From a virus: a stretch of DNA of 64,000 nucleotides. The notes under the pieces are model-generated. The model was not told the origin of the DNA, did no database searches, and saw only the letters and a list, made by a program, of their open reading frames with translations. Made by a program: the position numbers and the translations under genes. Of this stretch, positions 59,669-64,000 are shown one piece after another (positions within the stretch are counted from its first letter, which is position 1; each line of letters begins with the position of its first letter). The stretch lies in IMG/VR virus record IMGVR_UViG_3300044971_002537, positions 1 through 64,000 of that record; one strand, given 5' to 3'.

Positions 59669-60510
59669 GTGGTGTTTCTCTAGAATTCGTGGGGAGGAAT
59701 GGTGGAGAATAGAAAGGAATAGGTCACTGATCGTGGCTTTAAACAAGGCCTAAAAAGCAGGCTTTATTCCTTGTATTCCTAATAGAACAATAAGAAGGAC
59801 TAATAGGACAAACAAGAACAGGAGGAATGAGGGGTTGAAATGTGGTGGTATGGAACTGGAAGGGCTCATAGCATGCCATATTTTCCAATAACCCCAATGT
59901 TTTCCGCAATTTCGCGTCCTACATACTGGAATCTTCGTCCACTATCTTGTACTTGAAAGTCCCGGTTTGGTCGTCAAAGTGCCCGACTCCAGCCTCTATA
60001 GCTTGGTTCTGATAGACTTCTTCAGTCATCAGGTAGCCCAAAATCAGTCCGATCACGAAAAACAGGCCCATGAGGCCAGTAACAGTTGCTTTTTGATTGT
60101 CGCTCATATTAAAAACCCCAATGTTTTTGAGCAGTGGACACTGCTCGAAATGCCAAAAATGAGACAAGGGGCACGCCACAAAATGTTTGTGTTTACCCCG
60201 GTCTAAAAAGTCATTCATAACTGTGTCAAGATGAAAACTCCAATGTTTTTGAAGTTTCTCGAAACTTGGTCCGCCCCTACAAACCGTTCGAACACACTGG
60301 GCTTTAGCCCTATGGTTGCAGATCCGGCCACGGACATGATATCTCCACTATATTGGACATGGTGTGAGTTATGTTTCGTTCTGGCAATTTCTCAATGACC
60401 CAGTTCCAAGCAGACTCTTCCGTATTGAATGGGCCGAACGTCTTAAACGGCACTAGGGTATCTTCGCCCCAGTCTTCTTCTCTGTAATCAGAGAGAACTA
60501 CAATGTATTC

Positions 60511-60827
60511 CATGGCTTCGCCTCAATCGCATTCAGTAAAAAGGAAATGGGCCGACTTGCCCGAGGTCATCCGTTAAGATCTTCTTCGAAGAAAGTATCT
60601 TCTTCCTCTCTGTCCGGTCCAACCAATGGATAGATGAGTCTCGTGATCTCCATCTTTTTCATCCATTGTATCTTGTCTGCCGCAGCTTGGGACTTCTTTA
60701 TATCAAGATACGCTGCTCCTTGGCTAATATAAGGACCCTCGATTTGGATTACCTTATCCCCGACACTTGTAACCACACAGTACATGGCTTCGCCTCAATC
60801 GCATTCAGTAAAAAGGAAGTGGGCCGA
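60511..60827 (-). repeat. 45-bp direct repeat forming the leaders of two adjacent small genes
   Basis: 60511-60555 and 60783-60827 differ at one base; each ends GAGGCGAAGCC-ATG on the minus strand. Confidence 0.9.
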
Positions 60828-61395
60828 TTTTCCCCTTGTCTTCCGTTACTTCACGATGCTCTTCACGACCACGTCTGTGATACTCGAAGTCATCAGCCCC
60901 AAACAGAATCCAATAGACAACCAATTGGTCCAAGCTGCTGGATTGTTTGCATCCATAGCTGAAGGTAACTGAATAATAGCACAGAAGGCACAGATGATAA
61001 TAGTCATTGCAAGTCCTAACCATGGATAGATAAGTGGTCACAAGGGCCGAACGGGAAGGTAGGGCTACGTCAGCCCTTCTTCATCGCTTTAACTCGGGAC
61101 AGCAACGCCTCAGCCAAATTTGCTAGCTTAGCAGCCTCATCGCTGATGATCGCTAAATTGGCCCATACGTCATCGAGTCTATCACTTTCCTCAAGGCAAT
61201 CAAAACTACACTTGATGTTAGTAATCTCAGTAGAGATATCATCAATATCATCTTGGAGGGATTCTTTATCAAACATGATTGTACCAATCAATAAGGAGGT
61301 AGAGGGAGTACTATTAAGCATGACGTTTTTTGATCGGCCTGTTGTTAGCGGTTTGCCCTTAACTGAGGACAAGAGCCGCGTCACCGCACTCCTCC

Positions 61396-61423
61396 ATTAT
61401 ACATCATCTTCCACTGTTGTCAA
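61396..61423 (-). promoter_or_regulatory. Sigma70 promoter
   Basis: TTGACA, 16 nt, TATAAT. Confidence 0.7.
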
Positions 61424-61921
61424 TACAATCCTAGAACATAATTCAGAACACAGGTGGCTTCTTGAAACCCACCCCTCCGATTCTAGAGCACTGGTCGATC
61501 CCTGACTCTTTCTTTTACTGATGCGATTCTTGTTCCTATCTCCATGTCGGGGAGAAGCCCAATCTTCGTTCACTCGGAGCCCTGCCCTAATCGGGTCAGT
61601 CCTCGTTTCTCTGCGATTCAAATATGACTAAACACACTGAGAATCAAGAACATTCGTGCAAGAATTTCAAATTCAGAAAGATTCTGGAAAGTTACTAAAT
61701 GTAGGCACATATCTATTTACTCCGACAAAAAGTAACTGCAGGTCCTGACCACCGTCAACCCGTGGTACAAGGCGAACTGAGAAGCTGGGCGGTGTCAAGG
61801 TGGATGTTGGATTTTCTCGTGGATGGGGAGGGGCTCCTAGTTCCGGGAAAAATTGGAGTAAACGCATTCCGCCCCTTTCGGGCGGAATGAACTGCATAGT
61901 ACAGCTCAGTCACCCCAGAAC

Positions 61922-61951
61922 AAAAAAGGGGGAGAGCAATCGCCCTCCCCT
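61922..61951 (-). terminator. Intrinsic terminator
   Basis: Imperfect GC hairpin AGGGGAGGGC...GCTCTCCCCCT followed by a T tract. Confidence 0.55.
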
Positions 61952-62706
61952 AGGATTTAGTCTTCTTCCGAGCGTTTACGCTTTGTGTGTTTTGCACGCG
62001 AAATGTACTCCATTTCACGCTCCAATTCACTAATATCATCACGAAGTGAGGCATTTTCAGCCTCAAGAGTGGAAATCCGGGCCTTTAAGGCCTGAATATC
62101 GTCCAAGTTCACGTTAACGACCGTCATTGTAACTCGAAATCCCTTTAAACATCGACAAAATGATCAAAAGTGCCACAAACTTTAATACACGCATAATGCT
62201 CCCCCGGTCACATTGTAGCCGAACAATTGCAAAAAGCAAGAGGGGACGGAAACAATCCGCCCCCTCGGATCGGACTATACCGGAGCAGTCAATGCTTCCA
62301 GCTCGGAATCGGTGAGGACTCCGTCCTCGGATTCGGGGAAGGCTTCGCCTTCGGGAGGAGCCTCATCTTGAGGAGGTGCGATAGTTCTGGCAGCATCACG
62401 CAACGCGATCAAAGCTTCTGCTCGCTTTGAAGTGCGGGGGCCGGTTCGACGCTTGAGAGGAGGGAAGATAAGCTTGAGTTCATCCTCAGTGGTGCCAATC
62501 TCCCGCAGATCTTTTCGGGCCGCTGTGATGTTCTGTTGGAGCGAAGCTAGCTTGATTCCAAGTGTTGCGGCCAACTGTTCGTTGGTCTCACCATTGGCGG
62601 CGGCGAGTGCGTAAGCTGAACGAAGTTCTGTAACTGTGACCATGATGAATTATCCTTTTTGTCCGGCTTTGCCGGTCTTTGAAATTCGATCCCAGAACAT
62701 CTGGGA

Positions 62707-63189
62707 TCATAACATGTGAACTGGAACTGACTGAATCATAGCAGGCGATGTAGCCTCTGTCAATATACCACTTGCGAAAACTTTCATTTTGAAGGCTTCG
62801 CCTTCTTCTTGTTTGATCAGACAACACATTGTTGCTGATCTGACTTTTCCATCCTTGCAGACGAATGTCTCATTCTTGTAAGGGTTGTAGGTCACTTCCT
62901 GATTATCCTTGCAGTAATCGCTGAAGAGCGGGGCGTCTCCAGCTTCCATGAGGAATCCCATTACAAAAGCATGAACCTCTTTCCTCTTGTTCGCAATCAC
63001 ACGTTGGCGGACTTTCTCATTAACTGGAAAGGTCACGTTTTTGAGGAAAATACATTGCGTGTGAAACCGTACCACACCCTGCTTGACGGACCAAAGACCC
63101 GTGTGCAAATTTCGGTAGACTCGGCAGGGTTTCTCAGGATCGAGGAGGGTCAGTTGTTTACAGTAGGAGTTTGCAATTGGTTTACTCAT
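62707..63189 (-). CDS. Conserved hypothetical phage protein
   Basis: VYRNLHTGLWSV...RQRVIANKRKEVHAFVMG...VTYNPYK. Confidence 0.6.
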   Translation of the reverse strand: MSKPIANSYCKQLTLLDPEKPCRVYRNLHTGLWSVKQGVVRFHTQCIFLKNVTFPVNEKVRQRVIANKRKEVHAFVMGFLMEAGDAPLFSDYCKDNQEVTYNPYKNETFVCKDGKVRSATMCCLIKQEEGEAFKMKVFASGILTEATSPAMIQSVPVHML

Positions 63190-63451
63190 GACGATTAGAC
63201 TCCAAAGCCTTGCTCATGTCGATGATGTGTGTGGGATCTTGATCGTTGATGTCAGCCCAGATGATGATACGAGGAACCCCATCGTACCACTCGATAACGA
63301 TAGGAGAATAATCCCCATCATAGCAGGCAGTCCCCGCGTGTCGAATTGTGATCCCATCAAGGATCACTTTGGCGGAAATTTCTGATTTTGAATTCTCTGG
63401 CCAATTGATTTCCACTGTTGACTCCTTTGGTTTGTTATTTCTTATACACCC

Positions 63452-63479
63452 ATTGTATCAGACATGTTTCTTATGTCAA
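63452..63479 (-). promoter_or_regulatory. Sigma70 promoter
   Basis: TTGACA, 16 nt, TACAAT with a TG extension. Confidence 0.65.
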
Positions 63480-63676
63480 TAGCAATTAGTAAGAAAGACT
63501 AGCATGAAAGAGACGCGAAGTGTGTTCCGCCATGACAGGCGGAACAAACAGGAAGGCTCAGGCCCGGCGGGCCGAGGGGAGGTATTCCCTCCCCCTTACT
63601 CACCGCCCGTCCTTATACCCTAGGATTCCCTTGAGCATTCCCGCAAGCAGGACCATCATGAGCCAGAAAAGCAGCC

Positions 63677-64000
63677 TCATTCTTGGCTTTCTAGCTTATG
63701 GGAAAGTCGCTTCTTCGCGGTCCCATGTGCGAGAAATCCAACAATACTTTTCCGGTCCCTGACTTGGCACAGTTTGCACTGGTCGCAAGTCATAGATTCC
63801 TGCGTTTGAGCAGGACATACCACAATCGGCAACCCTAGGGGTGTCTTATTCCCCCGCGTAGGTGCATCTTGCGGAAGGATCACGACCACTGGACCGATGT
63901 TCAGTTGGGCATACTGGTCCGCTTCTGCCATACTATCAGCGGACAAATTGACAGTTAGTCCTCCGGATTCGTTGAGAGACTTGATAGCCTCTCGATTCTG
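63677..64000 (-). CDS. Partial gene (3' end), Cys-rich gp88-like phage protein
   Basis: NLSADS...CPAQ....TCDQCKLC...VGFLAHG; the frame continues past the window edge. Confidence 0.5.
   Translation of the reverse strand, partial: QNREAIKSLNESGGLTVNLSADSMAEADQYAQLNIGPVVVILPQDAPTRGNKTPLGLPIVVCPAQTQESMTCDQCKLCQVRDRKSIVGFLAHGTAKKRLSHKLESQE

Noticed and set aside
23642-60794. GGCGAAGCC as an N4-type virion RNA polymerase hairpin promoter
   Set aside because: N4 hairpins carry the GNA triloop on the template strand upstream of a TSS with longer stems. Here the GAA loop is on the sense strand and abuts the start codon.
1-64000. CRISPR array
   Set aside because: No run of three or more regularly spaced repeats; the 45-bp repeat has two copies separated by a gene.
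1-64000. Stop-codon reassignment (prompted by the Pyl-like tRNA fold and split genes)
   Set aside because: Conserved genes are intact in code 11 and end in TAA, TAG and TGA. The breaks in dnaE and ligase coincide with intein ends or long insertions, and the odd tRNA has CCA, not CUA.
22716-64000. Numerous 60-180 aa plus-strand ORFs in the ORF track
   Set aside because: They are antisense shadows of well-supported minus-strand genes and have no recognisable motifs.

Overview
A 64-kb segment of a large dsDNA tailed phage genome. A Planctomycetota-like host is my weak inference. Most genes are on the minus strand. Layout: (1) 0.1-11.2 kb: homing endonucleases, a papain-like protease among exported and membrane proteins, a GT4 and ssb. 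(2) 11.3-22.7 kb: a plus-strand island with a ~340-nt structured RNA leader and 13 glycan-synthesis genes. (3) 24-36 kb: a DnaE-type polymerase in three separate genes; two are joined by a split intein whose halves flank a free-standing Vsr-like endonuclease. (4) 37-41 kb: PcfJ-like, rIIB and rIIA. (5) 41.6-50.2 kb: an RNA/translation island with four tRNAs (two non-canonical), a compact tmRNA, at least four unclassified structured or tRNA-like RNAs, an RNA ligase, a SpoT-type HD hydrolase, a macrodomain, a TROVE-type vWA fragment and a Tat-signal protein resembling a major capsid protein. (6) 51-56 kb: denV, a HicA-like gene, a sigma-like gene and a second split-intein gene (ATP-dependent DNA ligase). 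(7) 56-64 kb: small early-type ORFs with strong sigma70 promoters. Recurrent cis signals are a GGCGAAGCC motif directly before many start codons, sigma70 promoters with palindromic spacers, and a GCGTAT promoter-like motif. A probable -1 frameshift lies at ~3050. Family assignments come from motifs read by eye, not from database searches.
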